Origin: a virus
Taxonomy: Duplodnaviria > Caudoviricetes
Reading direction: 5' to 3' (one strand)
DNA: 55,125 bases
IMG/VR virus record: IMGVR_UViG_3300034351_000046
Location: 1-55,125 of that record
A program made the position numbers and the translations under genes. How positions within the stretch are numbered: the first letter of the stretch is position 1; the number at the start of each line of letters is the position of its first letter. Under the pieces are notes generated by a model that was not told where the DNA came from, did not search any database, and saw only the letters and a list, made by a program, of their open reading frames with translations. This document shows positions 10,001 through 18,409 of this stretch, one piece after another.

Positions 10001-13000
10001 AGCCGCTTCCACTTGACGTTGATCCGTTCCTTGGCCGTCTTGGCGCTGTTCTGGTAGGACTTGACCCATTCCTCGGCAAACTTCATCACCTCGGGATTGA
10101 CCCTGGCCACCTCATCCTCGGCTTCCCCGATCGTGCGGTTGGCCTCGGCCTGCTGGAGGCGTGCAATCTGGGCATCGAGCTTGATGCTCAATTCCTGATA
10201 CTTCCTGGCTTCCTTCTCCACCCGTCGAAACAGTTCCTGCTTCTCATCCCGGCTCAGCCGTTTCCACCCCTGCGCTTGGCGCATGGTGTGATACATGACA
10301 TCGGGAGTGAAATCCCACTTGAGGGCCAGCTGCCGCGCCCGGAAGGCTCGGGCCGTAAGGGTGCCACTGCGCGTGGTGATCTCTCGAAGCTGGACCAAAG
10401 CCTGCCCCCAGAAATCGACCTGGGCGCGTGCGGCTGCCGCCTCGGCCACCAGGCCTTTGCTCTCGGCTGCCTCGGCGGCTTTGGAGGCCTTCCAGATCTC
10501 AGTGCGGAGCTCGAGCATCCAGTAATCCAAGGCCAGGACCTCCTCATCGGAAAGCATGCCAGGCCGTTTCTGCTCACGATCCACGATCGAATCAACCCAG
10601 GTGGGATCCCTGGCAATCCGGCGTTGCACCGTATCGAGCAATTCCTGGTCTGGCTTCCCGAGGAAATCCCTCATGGGAGGATGGCCCATTTCTCCGAGGG
10701 CCTTGTCCATGTCGGCATTTCGGATCGCCAGGAAATCGAAGTTGGGATCCGGCATTCGGCTAATCGAGTAGCGTGTAGTGTAGTCCTTATCGTGTTCCTC
10801 GAGGCCAGATGTTGGCGGGGGTGGCCCTTCCTCGCTTGCGTTGTGCGGCTGAGCCCAGGCACTCGCATCATTGAGCCGCCCCGTCTCGGCGGCGTACTGC
10901 ATGCTGCCCGTTCCCGTGGCAACCTCCATGGCCTCCCGGAAGAACTGAGACTTGGTGGCGGCCGCCATCGCATTGTCGAAGTCCCCGGCCTGCATCAACT
11001 CTTGGCTGAGAGCCTTGGCTTCAGCCTGCTGTTGGCGCAGCTGGTCCACCTGGTCAGGCGTGGTCATCGTGCGGCCCAGGCGAACCGCTTCTCCAGTGAT
11101 CCCGTCCGGGATGGTCCGGGCCCACTCCGCAAAAGCCGGCGCGTCCATGGCTCCCACCTGGTCGACAGTCAACCGGGGCTGCCCCGAGGTCACCGAGTAG
11201 CGGGAGTTGGCTTTTTGCACGGCGCGTTTGGCCGCATTGACCCCCTCGGTCAAGGCCTGGTCCAGGGACAGCTCCTTGGCGATTTCTCCCGCCATGAAGA
11301 TGCGATGGAAGCCGGCCGAATCCGCATACTTGGTGTCCATGTTGCGGAGGAAATTGGCATACTGGCGCCAGCTGTTGGCCACTCGGGAAACGACTCGCGC
11401 CTGGTCCTTGGTTGTGGCCACCCAAAGGAGTTCCATCGACCTTGGATTGGAGACGCTAATCGATTTGACTTTACCCGAATTGAATTTGGACACTGAACCA
11501 TCAAGCTTGGATGCGGCCATCTCATAGGACTTGGCAGCAACAGCCGCCTGCATCTTGGCCCTGTTGGCCGGCAACCCCACTCGAGACATCTCGACCAGGG
11601 GCCCGACCGGGGGCTCGACCTTGCCGCTCAGGATGTCATTCATCGAGAACAGCTGGCCATCTGGCGTCATGGCGATCGTGGATCCGAGGGCAAAGCATGG
11701 GCCACCACCCACCAGGCAAGTCGCGCATCCATTGAGGGAAGGCCCGGACTCCAGGGCACAATAACAAGCCGGGGTATTAAGCATCCCCTCGGGATCGTTG
11801 ATGAGCTTGGCCTCAGCCAATGCATTGACCACCTCATTGGTCCGATTGATATGCAGCACCATCGGCACGCCGGCCCTTCTGGCTTCCAGGAGCACCGGGA
11901 TGTCATCCACATCTCGCACCAGGTAGGAGTTGACGATGCCGCGCTCGGCCAGGTTGTTCTTCAGGAAATCGATTCCATATTGGTCGATGTATTCCCGGTA
12001 AAGCTGCCGATCGATCGAGCCCATCTTGAAAACGGCCACGCCGTTCTCGACATCGTTCCGGTCATACTGCCCGTTGCTGATGGAATCCAACCCGATCGTG
12101 CCGGGGGCGCGTGACACATGCGACCGACTGAAGATGTGAACAGGACGGTCGAGCTCCTTGATGGCCTGGTTGACCGCAACTGCCTGCCAGGGAAACGTGG
12201 TGTCGCCTGCGCCATTGATACGCAGAAAGGCCTGTTCTTCCTTGGGCATGTTCCTGATGAAACGGGCCACATGGGTGCCGACTTTTTCCGGCTCCATTGC
12301 CGTCACCAGGGAATGGCGCACTCGAGACTTCACGCCCACTGCCGGATTGCGAAGGCCCTTGGCATAGCAAACCGCGCACCCTTCACTTGGCATGCACGTT
12401 CCCAGTCCGAAATCCCAGGACACCCCGCCGGCTTTAGAATTGGAGGCCAGGAAATTGGCGCCGATGCTGGAGTTAGGGTCATCGATGTCCTGGAAGACCC
12501 GATTGTATTCTGCCTTGATGGCATACCAGAAGTTCTTATCCACCACGTAATCTGGCGGCACTCTGGCATCGAGGGTTTTGCGGATGGCCGCAATGCCTTC
12601 CGGGCTGTAGAACTTGCGGATGTATTCGATTAGGGATTGCCCCTCGCGTGGTTGCTGCCAGGGATTTTCCCTGGGGTCCACCAGGTCAGAGAGAGCCTCG
12701 CCTTCCCGGTAAAGAACATCCTGCACCGTCTTGAAGGCATCCTCCATGTTCATGCCTTCGGTTGGAGGCACGTATTCTCGGGCGCCGGCAAGCGAGGTCT
12801 TGCCCCTTACGTCCGCATAACTGTAACGGATCGTGTTGATGCTGGAGAGGGGGCTGCCCGGAGGGTAGGTTTCCTGCTCGCGCAATGCCTGCAACTCGGC
12901 TGGAGATTCAGCAATTCGTTGGGCACGCTGGATGCCCTTGCTGATCATGTCAGCAATCTCGTAGTCCGAGTAAGCTCGCTTGGACCAGCCGGGGATCCGC

Positions 13001-15288
13001 ATGGCACGCGCAACCTGGCGAATCTTATTGGCCACCCTTCTCCAGAATGGCGTAACCACGCCCCACCTGGCGACTCGCTCGGCTTCATAAGCCAGCCACT
13101 CCTCCCCGATTTGATAGATATCAGTGGTAGGGATCCGGTTCCTGGCTGCTACATCGGCTCGATCATTTGGGCTGAGGGTCCGATACACTCGGTTGACCAG
13201 GGCCGTAAATGCGGTGGGTCCGAGGGCCTGGCGAAGACCCAGATGGATGCCCACTTCATGGGTGACCTTTTCCCGGACCAATAGACGATCCCCAACCGGG
13301 AATTTCTTGGCGTTGAAAATGACTCGGCCGTTTGAATAGACCGCATCGGCATCATCGAATTGAATCCCGCGCTCGGCCAGGTCCTGCTTGACGATGTCTG
13401 GCAGCTGGGATCCTTCGTCGACCACCTCCACCAGGTTAAGTGCCCACGGGAAATCCCGTTCGAGGTTGGTCTTCAAGCCCAGGGATTCCTGGGTCACCTG
13501 GGGCTCGGTGATTAAGGGTGCGGTGGGCTCGGTCACGGGAGCCTGCGTGACGGATGGCCTGGTTGTTTGGGCGGGAGATACCCCGGCAGCCTCGGGGGCA
13601 GCCGTTGGCGCTACTGCCGCCTCAGCCTGGGGGGTGGGCTGAGCCGTGGGGGCAGCCTCAGCTGCCGGGGTGGGCACTGCCGCCTGAGTGGGAGCCGGCG
13701 CAGGCCGAAGGGGAATGGTCTGCGCCACTTCTCGGGCGGCTCTCTCCCGACCTTGAAGCTGTTGTGTGGGGGTGGTTGGCACCCCCGGCTCCTGGCCGGC
13801 CGTCAGGCGTGTAGTCATCACATCGGCCGGCTGGCCACGAAGGGCTGCCTGCCGGATGGCTGCATCTTCTGCCAGCTGCTGGGCGGTGCTGGTAAGCCCA
13901 ACTGACAAAGCCTGGTTCACAGCCTGGGCACCCTGGATATCGGCCACTCGGGGCATGATCTCCTGAGCGGTGCCGCGCACTGGGCTCGGCTGAACTGGGA
14001 CCATCACTCGGATGTCATCGCCTGTAACACTCTTAGTTTTGAGGGAAACAAGCTGGGCCTCGGGCCCGAACTCCACCAGCCTTCGGATTTCTTCCCGAAA
14101 CTGTTTGAGCTCGGCTCGGTTTTTGGTCACCCGATCGATGGCTGCCGATCCCTCGAAAGTTCCACTGACACCGCCACCAATCAGTACCCCGCCCACGCCG
14201 GCCATCAGGATTTCCTTAACGGCCTCCTCGACGGTCTTATCGGGGTTATAGGTCATCCACTCATAGACCGACTGCAAAAACTGATCAACGACTTCCTCGG
14301 CGCCTTCATAGCCAGCTTCCTTGGCCAACCGCATGATGACGCCCTTGGCGACCAGGTCTTTCTTTGCGGCCGTCAGGACCTCTTTACCTGTTCGACCTGC
14401 GCCGGCCGTCACTACTGCCGTGATGATACCGGAAATCAAACCGTCCCCGGTGGCATGCCTTCGGGCTTCCTCTTCGGATTCACCCCGTTCCCGTCGCATC
14501 TCATAGGATTGAGCGTAAGTGTCGCCAGCCTGTTGGAGGCCTGACATGGCGATCATTGCCGGGAATCCAACCGGCGCCACGGCCACGGCAGGAATGGCAG
14601 TTCCAAAAGTCTGAACGAGGCCTTTGATCTCCTGGGGGCCAGGTGAATTCTGGGAGATCACATCCAAGGCATCCAGATATTCACCTGGCACATTGGCAGT
14701 CTCCTCGAAATGTTTGATGATCGGATCGAATTTCTTGGCTAGGGATTCGTAGAGCTCCCTGTTCTTCTTCGCCAACTCGGGCCCCAATGGAGGCGCCCAC
14801 GCACCAGGCATTTGTTGACCCGGAACTTGCTGCTCAGCTATCCCCCTGGCCAGGCTTTGAGGTAATGCCCCAAAAAGCCATCCCCCTATGCGCTGCATGT
14901 TCCTGGAAATGTCAGGCCAAAGACCCACTAAACCGAGCTTTGCCTGCGTGGCCACGTTTCCAAGACTTGGATATTCAACTCCAGGTTTGTAGATAGGGCC
15001 GGGAATCATGTAGCCCATGCCGAATTCGATTGGCACCTTGGGCTTTTCAGGAGGGGGCTCCTCGCCAGGCAAAAGCAGAGGGGCCTGGTAGAGATCAGAT
15101 GGCTTTTTGGCCCAGGCCTTTCCCGGCTCGGTCAAGGGCTTGGCCGGCTCATCGAAAGTGAGAGGAGCAGTGTAGATGTCCTCCTCTTCGCCACCAGGCT
15201 CATCGAAAGTAAGTGGAGCCGTGTAGATGTCCTCCTGCTCGGGAGAATCAAAAGTTAACGGCGCTGTGTAGATGTCCTCATTCGGCAT
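7099..15288 (-). CDS. Giant polyvalent internal virion / DNA-ejection protein (2729 aa)
   Basis: Near the end of the virion operon; hydrophobic Gly/Ala helices; zincin-like HEVGIH...EEWLA; Cys-rich GP88-like region; long coiled coils. Confidence 0.8.
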   Translation of the reverse strand: MPNEDIYTAPLTFDSPEQEDIYTAPLTFDEPGGEEEDIYTAPLTFDEPAKPLTEPGKAWAKKPSDLYQAPLLLPGEEPPPEKPKVPIEFGMGYMIPGPIYKPGVEYPSLGNVATQAKLGLVGLWPDISRNMQRIGGWLFGALPQSLARGIAEQQVPGQQMPGAWAPPLGPELAKKNRELYESLAKKFDPIIKHFEETANVPGEYLDALDVISQNSPGPQEIKGLVQTFGTAIPAVAVAPVGFPAMIAMSGLQQAGDTYAQSYEMRRERGESEEEARRHATGDGLISGIITAVVTAGAGRTGKEVLTAAKKDLVAKGVIMRLAKEAGYEGAEEVVDQFLQSVYEWMTYNPDKTVEEAVKEILMAGVGGVLIGGGVSGTFEGSAAIDRVTKNRAELKQFREEIRRLVEFGPEAQLVSLKTKSVTGDDIRVMVPVQPSPVRGTAQEIMPRVADIQGAQAVNQALSVGLTSTAQQLAEDAAIRQAALRGQPADVMTTRLTAGQEPGVPTTPTQQLQGRERAAREVAQTIPLRPAPAPTQAAVPTPAAEAAPTAQPTPQAEAAVAPTAAPEAAGVSPAQTTRPSVTQAPVTEPTAPLITEPQVTQESLGLKTNLERDFPWALNLVEVVDEGSQLPDIVKQDLAERGIQFDDADAVYSNGRVIFNAKKFPVGDRLLVREKVTHEVGIHLGLRQALGPTAFTALVNRVYRTLSPNDRADVAARNRIPTTDIYQIGEEWLAYEAERVARWGVVTPFWRRVANKIRQVARAMRIPGWSKRAYSDYEIADMISKGIQRAQRIAESPAELQALREQETYPPGSPLSSINTIRYSYADVRGKTSLAGAREYVPPTEGMNMEDAFKTVQDVLYREGEALSDLVDPRENPWQQPREGQSLIEYIRKFYSPEGIAAIRKTLDARVPPDYVVDKNFWYAIKAEYNRVFQDIDDPNSSIGANFLASNSKAGGVSWDFGLGTCMPSEGCAVCYAKGLRNPAVGVKSRVRHSLVTAMEPEKVGTHVARFIRNMPKEEQAFLRINGAGDTTFPWQAVAVNQAIKELDRPVHIFSRSHVSRAPGTIGLDSISNGQYDRNDVENGVAVFKMGSIDRQLYREYIDQYGIDFLKNNLAERGIVNSYLVRDVDDIPVLLEARRAGVPMVLHINRTNEVVNALAEAKLINDPEGMLNTPACYCALESGPSLNGCATCLVGGGPCFALGSTIAMTPDGQLFSMNDILSGKVEPPVGPLVEMSRVGLPANRAKMQAAVAAKSYEMAASKLDGSVSKFNSGKVKSISVSNPRSMELLWVATTKDQARVVSRVANSWRQYANFLRNMDTKYADSAGFHRIFMAGEIAKELSLDQALTEGVNAAKRAVQKANSRYSVTSGQPRLTVDQVGAMDAPAFAEWARTIPDGITGEAVRLGRTMTTPDQVDQLRQQQAEAKALSQELMQAGDFDNAMAAATKSQFFREAMEVATGTGSMQYAAETGRLNDASAWAQPHNASEEGPPPPTSGLEEHDKDYTTRYSISRMPDPNFDFLAIRNADMDKALGEMGHPPMRDFLGKPDQELLDTVQRRIARDPTWVDSIVDREQKRPGMLSDEEVLALDYWMLELRTEIWKASKAAEAAESKGLVAEAAAARAQVDFWGQALVQLREITTRSGTLTARAFRARQLALKWDFTPDVMYHTMRQAQGWKRLSRDEKQELFRRVEKEARKYQELSIKLDAQIARLQQAEANRTIGEAEDEVARVNPEVMKFAEEWVKSYQNSAKTAKERINVKWKRLFPQTPLRFSVAEGPTPLPEEVLRDLAIIGGSKLAQNITDRVDWNEAMVEELGPNISPYLDQVWPASQQDLTTRLTRGRADLASARASRVVERPARTQQEMGPEQIVESAMAKFRQIQAHEASSTEPVGSRQSELYYPTQRLVRGLVELDPLMTRDELTQTVHRMISEVVPRITIEETRDLISGRGRVREPAQDDVSKTIRDLKAQIRIFSNILDAEAKRPIPKTGWLADEKSDEQLRLERDLNRAKKINGEVITDAKYQQKTYLDSRKTWYRNRITDLRWEMDPNNWEARERMRAQREDRREQTDEELEALKEEYDRVREEYAQIFEAPGLTDLQRIERAERAAERMITKMEEDLVEGRRTSANKRDPVTSAKLEALRARIAQLRAEQEWAQREINPPPDLTTKEDYKRWFQLDREIRKLENQLANQDVFPKSKKIRPEDKPSNQRMAARLEDLKNQRKEMRERLGPGKPDPVTKAINLRVSQLRRQIADYKQRIADQDFSPRRRKEPPKEVTQNRDVIDLTAQRERIQRDFYNQAEAERIKNLTGMKKVWYGIRRMRTAVTNLRSSYDFSGSRQGIVALLSLGMRLPTSPIKTTPRIARAFIDMFKAASSRARAERINAAIRRKPNYESGAYKIMGIEFTDIESPTFNRAEENARSVFDEWANMGLWGGKSKLGKVAGLPFRALAIPVAGSNRAFATFLNVLRSELADVLLQENFSDRPPTENELRILGNWVNVATGRGYVPPAAARGFSEFIWAPKLLMSRVQFLTGQPLWGAGDFAHSKRARWIVAKEYARVLSSAAFLYLISTLFDDKDEVPPTSSDFMKIVRGNTRIDLWGGFIQPIVLASRILTNSTTTLKGRTIDFDAANAYGVGNLVDVLVRFGRSKLRPDIGVALDIISREDFLGRPTNIPNIMRDLFVPLPFADIVDIYKARGFSEGTILTILNIFGAGVNTYTDDNKYPRETRTR
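15151..15279 (-). repeat. Three EDIYTAPLTFD peptide repeats at the giant protein N-terminus
   Basis: 33-nt units at 15247-15279, 15202-15234 and 15151-15183; identical at protein level, synonymously diverged. Confidence 0.95.
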
Positions 15289-16312
15289 AAGGCCTTCGCG
15301 CTCCCGTTTTGATGTTCACGATGACTCGGACTCCCCCTGGTGTTTTCCCGACCCTTTCATCCGGTCCAGGTGGGCCGGTGCGCTGTGATTGAGGTGCCAT
15401 GGTTCCTTGCTGCCTCAGTGCCGATTCAACCGGGGCCGTATACTGAATGTTGCCTGGGGCAACCGGCCCAGTGAAACCTGGAGGATAAGCCGCGCCAGAT
15501 CCTGGCAGACCCGTAGGAGGCGCCCATTCCAATCCGGGCAGCTGCATGCCTTGGAGACTTTGCCCAAGGCGCGTCCCCGGCAGTACGCGAAGCTGCGTGT
15601 CAAACCCGAGTTGCTCGAGCTCCTTGCGGTATCGATCTTTTTGATTTGCATAGGGCTCAACAAACGGCATCCATTTGTCCCAACCAAACTGCTTCTGACC
15701 TGCCTCCACATTGGCTTCGGCCGCTTTGTATTTCTCCAGGATGTTCTCGGCTTCGAGCTTGCGCTTCTCAAACTCGGCCAGGTTGTAGGCCTGCACCTTG
15801 GGGTCCTGCTGCACACGCTGGGCCCTCATGTTGGGCCAAAGCATGTAAGGACTCTGCGTCCCCGGAGGCGTGAACATCTGAGGTTGCGCGGTCCCCATCT
15901 GGGCCGGGATCTGAGCCCCGCCTGGCTGGCCGGCAGTAAACGGCACCACGAATTTCTGGCCACTCTCATCATAGAGCGTCCGGTAGCCGGTGGGCTGATG
16001 AACAGGATGAGGCACGCCCCAACGGTCCAAAGTGAACAGCTGACCGTTGCGCTCAACGAAGCCGCCCTGTTGCGAGAGCATCGATGGCACCGTGGCGGCC
16101 AGGGCCCGAGGATCGTTGAAAAAGAGTTTGGGCGCCGTTCGAGTCAAGGCCTCCCGAGGGTCGATACCAGATTGAACTAGAGTCTGGTAATCCCGCGCCC
16201 CCTGCCAACGCAACGCCGCTACGCGCTGATCCTCAAGTTGCTTGCCGATATCGGAGTACGCACCGACGTAATTCCGAAAGAACGAATCACCAAAAGTTGG
16301 ATATGTAGCCAT
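15278..16312 (-). CDS. Probable internal virion (ejection) protein
   Basis: 344 aa, Gln/Gly/Pro-rich; lies between the tail genes and the giant protein. Confidence 0.6.
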   Translation of the reverse strand: MATYPTFGDSFFRNYVGAYSDIGKQLEDQRVAALRWQGARDYQTLVQSGIDPREALTRTAPKLFFNDPRALAATVPSMLSQQGGFVERNGQLFTLDRWGVPHPVHQPTGYRTLYDESGQKFVVPFTAGQPGGAQIPAQMGTAQPQMFTPPGTQSPYMLWPNMRAQRVQQDPKVQAYNLAEFEKRKLEAENILEKYKAAEANVEAGQKQFGWDKWMPFVEPYANQKDRYRKELEQLGFDTQLRVLPGTRLGQSLQGMQLPGLEWAPPTGLPGSGAAYPPGFTGPVAPGNIQYTAPVESALRQQGTMAPQSQRTGPPGPDERVGKTPGGVRVIVNIKTGARRPYAE

Positions 16313-16327
16313 AGTCTTTCCTCTCGC

Positions 16328-17386
16328 TTAATCCAGCCAATAGCCCCCGTACATCCACTCCGATCCTGGGGCAACTGAGATTTCCGGCATGTCATAGAAT
16401 TGCGCCCCACCTGGCCCCAGGTCCTGCATGTATTGATACTCTTCAGCTGGGCTTCCGAATTGTTCCCCCGCATAGAAGGCGCCAGTGGATCCGGTGTAAC
16501 CAGGTGCCGGCGGTCCAATGAAGTCTTCCCCGTAAGTGGGATTGACGTTCATCCCGAAATAGCTCCCCGGCTGCGTGGCTTGATTGGGCTGGATGCTCGG
16601 ATTCAAAACATTGCCCGGAGTCTCAACGCCGCCAGCCCAAGGATCATAGCCTTGCATCCCCAGGCCATACTGCCTGGCCAACGCATTGGCTTCTTGCTGG
16701 GCCCTGGCGGCCGCATCAGCCCTGGCCAAGTACTGCTGGTTGTAGGCTTGGGCCGCTGCCGCCTGGCTGGCTGCCAGTCGCTCCTGAGAGCCAATCTGCA
16801 TCCCTGTGGTGCCATAGGCTGTTTGCTGACTGATTCTGGCCCTCTCGGTGGCGCCTTCCTCGGACATCCTGGCGCGTTGCAGAGCATTGGCCAGGTTCGC
16901 CTGATTGGTGATCCAGCTGAGATTCATCTGCTCCCGTTGGTATGGAGAGATGAAAAGATTGGCAGGCGAAAGCTGAGGCGTGGCCTGCATGCCGGCCTGG
17001 TATTGCTGGATGCCTTGATTGGTCAGTTGCTGACTGGTTAGGCCGAGGGCCCGGAGGAGTGCGGTCTGGTCATTGCCACCACCGTAGCTTCCAATCCCTA
17101 TGCCGCGCTCGGCGGCCGCCTGGGCGATTGTCCGCTTGGTTTCTGGAGACAGCACACCCTTGATGTTCCGGGCGATTCCCTCAAAGGTTGGCAACGAAGA
17201 CAGAACGGTCCCGTAATACTTTGCGATGCCGCCCCCAACGGCCTCGGGATCGTAGTCGTAGGCTTCAGGGCTTCCGGGATAAGAGACTCCCCCGCCGCTG
17301 CCGGCGCCATAGGTGCCCACGTAGTCCAACGGGTTCACCCAGTTTGGGCGAGCATCGCTTTGCCAAAGTGTAGATCTGATTGCCAT
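16328..17386 (-). CDS. Probable internal virion (ejection/pilot) protein
   Basis: 352 aa, Ala/Gln/Gly-rich and helical; position typical of podovirus core proteins. Confidence 0.6.
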   Translation of the reverse strand: MAIRSTLWQSDARPNWVNPLDYVGTYGAGSGGGVSYPGSPEAYDYDPEAVGGGIAKYYGTVLSSLPTFEGIARNIKGVLSPETKRTIAQAAAERGIGIGSYGGGNDQTALLRALGLTSQQLTNQGIQQYQAGMQATPQLSPANLFISPYQREQMNLSWITNQANLANALQRARMSEEGATERARISQQTAYGTTGMQIGSQERLAASQAAAAQAYNQQYLARADAAARAQQEANALARQYGLGMQGYDPWAGGVETPGNVLNPSIQPNQATQPGSYFGMNVNPTYGEDFIGPPAPGYTGSTGAFYAGEQFGSPAEEYQYMQDLGPGGAQFYDMPEISVAPGSEWMYGGYWLD

Positions 17387-17389
17387 AAC

Positions 17390-18409
17390 CTATATGTTTG
17401 TTGAGAGTCCAATGCGCCTGAAAGATGCCCCTTGCACCCGATCCACTGTCACGGCCGGCTGCTGGTTTCCGAGATAGTGATCCATTTCTCGCTTCAAAAG
17501 CCTGATGGCTCGGGCCTCATGTTTCTCGGCCATCTCATGCGCGGCGGTGACCTCCTGGCTGTAGCCTCTCAAGGCCTGACACATTTCCAGAAGAGCCGGG
17601 ATGTTGCCTATGATCAAAGGATCAGTGTCCCGATAGGCCGGAATGTATTCCAGCTTGGCAACAGCATTGACTGTGTAGGATCCGCAAGTGGTGCAGATCG
17701 GATTGATATAATAGCGCCGATAGGCCGGATTGGTTTCGCTTGCCAGATAACGGGAAAGCAACACCTGGGCGCCTGATGTTTGGTCAACCTGGTAGAGCAG
17801 GATGTCCCCATAGGTAACCGGCTTGACGATGCCTGTGATTTCAGAGACTTCAAAATCCGAATCCACAAACGGATCCAGGAAAGTCATATAGAACCCCTGC
17901 ACCTGGTGAAGGCCATCCATGCCGTAAATCACATTGCCGTTTTGATCCTTCCCAACGATCAGCATCTTATTGCCGAGATCCCTATCATCGGTTGTATAGA
18001 TGCGAAGCCTTTGGTTGGTTGAATCCAAATCCCGTGAGGATGGCCAGACTCCCCGCTCATAACCGGCCACTGAGCCGCACCAGTCCGAGCAGCAGGATTC
18101 ATCAGGCATCGGGCCGGGGCCACCTGGCAGCACCTCGTAGAATTCGTTGTGGATGTAGATCGGCGTTTCACAAACAGACATGTTGATGATCCGCGCGAAA
18201 TCCCTTGGAAGGGTGATATACGGGGCCGCACTGGTAACACTGAACCTGGTCTTGACCCAGCCCTGCCACCAGCCGGCATCCTTGCCTGCATAGATCAGTC
18301 GTTCCTGGGCTTCATTCACCACGCTGGAAAGCGAAGCAGTGTCATCGGCGCAAATTCCCATCACTTCGGGAATCCGGCTCCGTTTGATGTCTTTGAGGGT
18401 CCTTCTCAT
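17390..18409 (-). CDS. Probable head-tail adaptor / tail tubular protein A-like
   Basis: 339 aa; N-terminal VNEAQERL helix followed by YITLPRDF, a layout typical of adaptor proteins. Confidence 0.55.
   Translation of the reverse strand: MRRTLKDIKRSRIPEVMGICADDTASLSSVVNEAQERLIYAGKDAGWWQGWVKTRFSVTSAAPYITLPRDFARIINMSVCETPIYIHNEFYEVLPGGPGPMPDESCCSDWCGSVAGYERGVWPSSRDLDSTNQRLRIYTTDDRDLGNKMLIVGKDQNGNVIYGMDGLHQVQGFYMTFLDPFVDSDFEVSEITGIVKPVTYGDILLYQVDQTSGAQVLLSRYLASETNPAYRRYYINPICTTCGSYTVNAVAKLEYIPAYRDTDPLIIGNIPALLEMCQALRGYSQEVTAAHEMAEKHEARAIRLLKREMDHYLGNQQPAVTVDRVQGASFRRIGLSTNI

Noticed and set aside
7099-15288. Tape measure protein or virion RNA polymerase
   Set aside because: No long-tail tube, sheath or chaperone genes are evident, and no DxDGD or T7-type polymerase motif was recognised.
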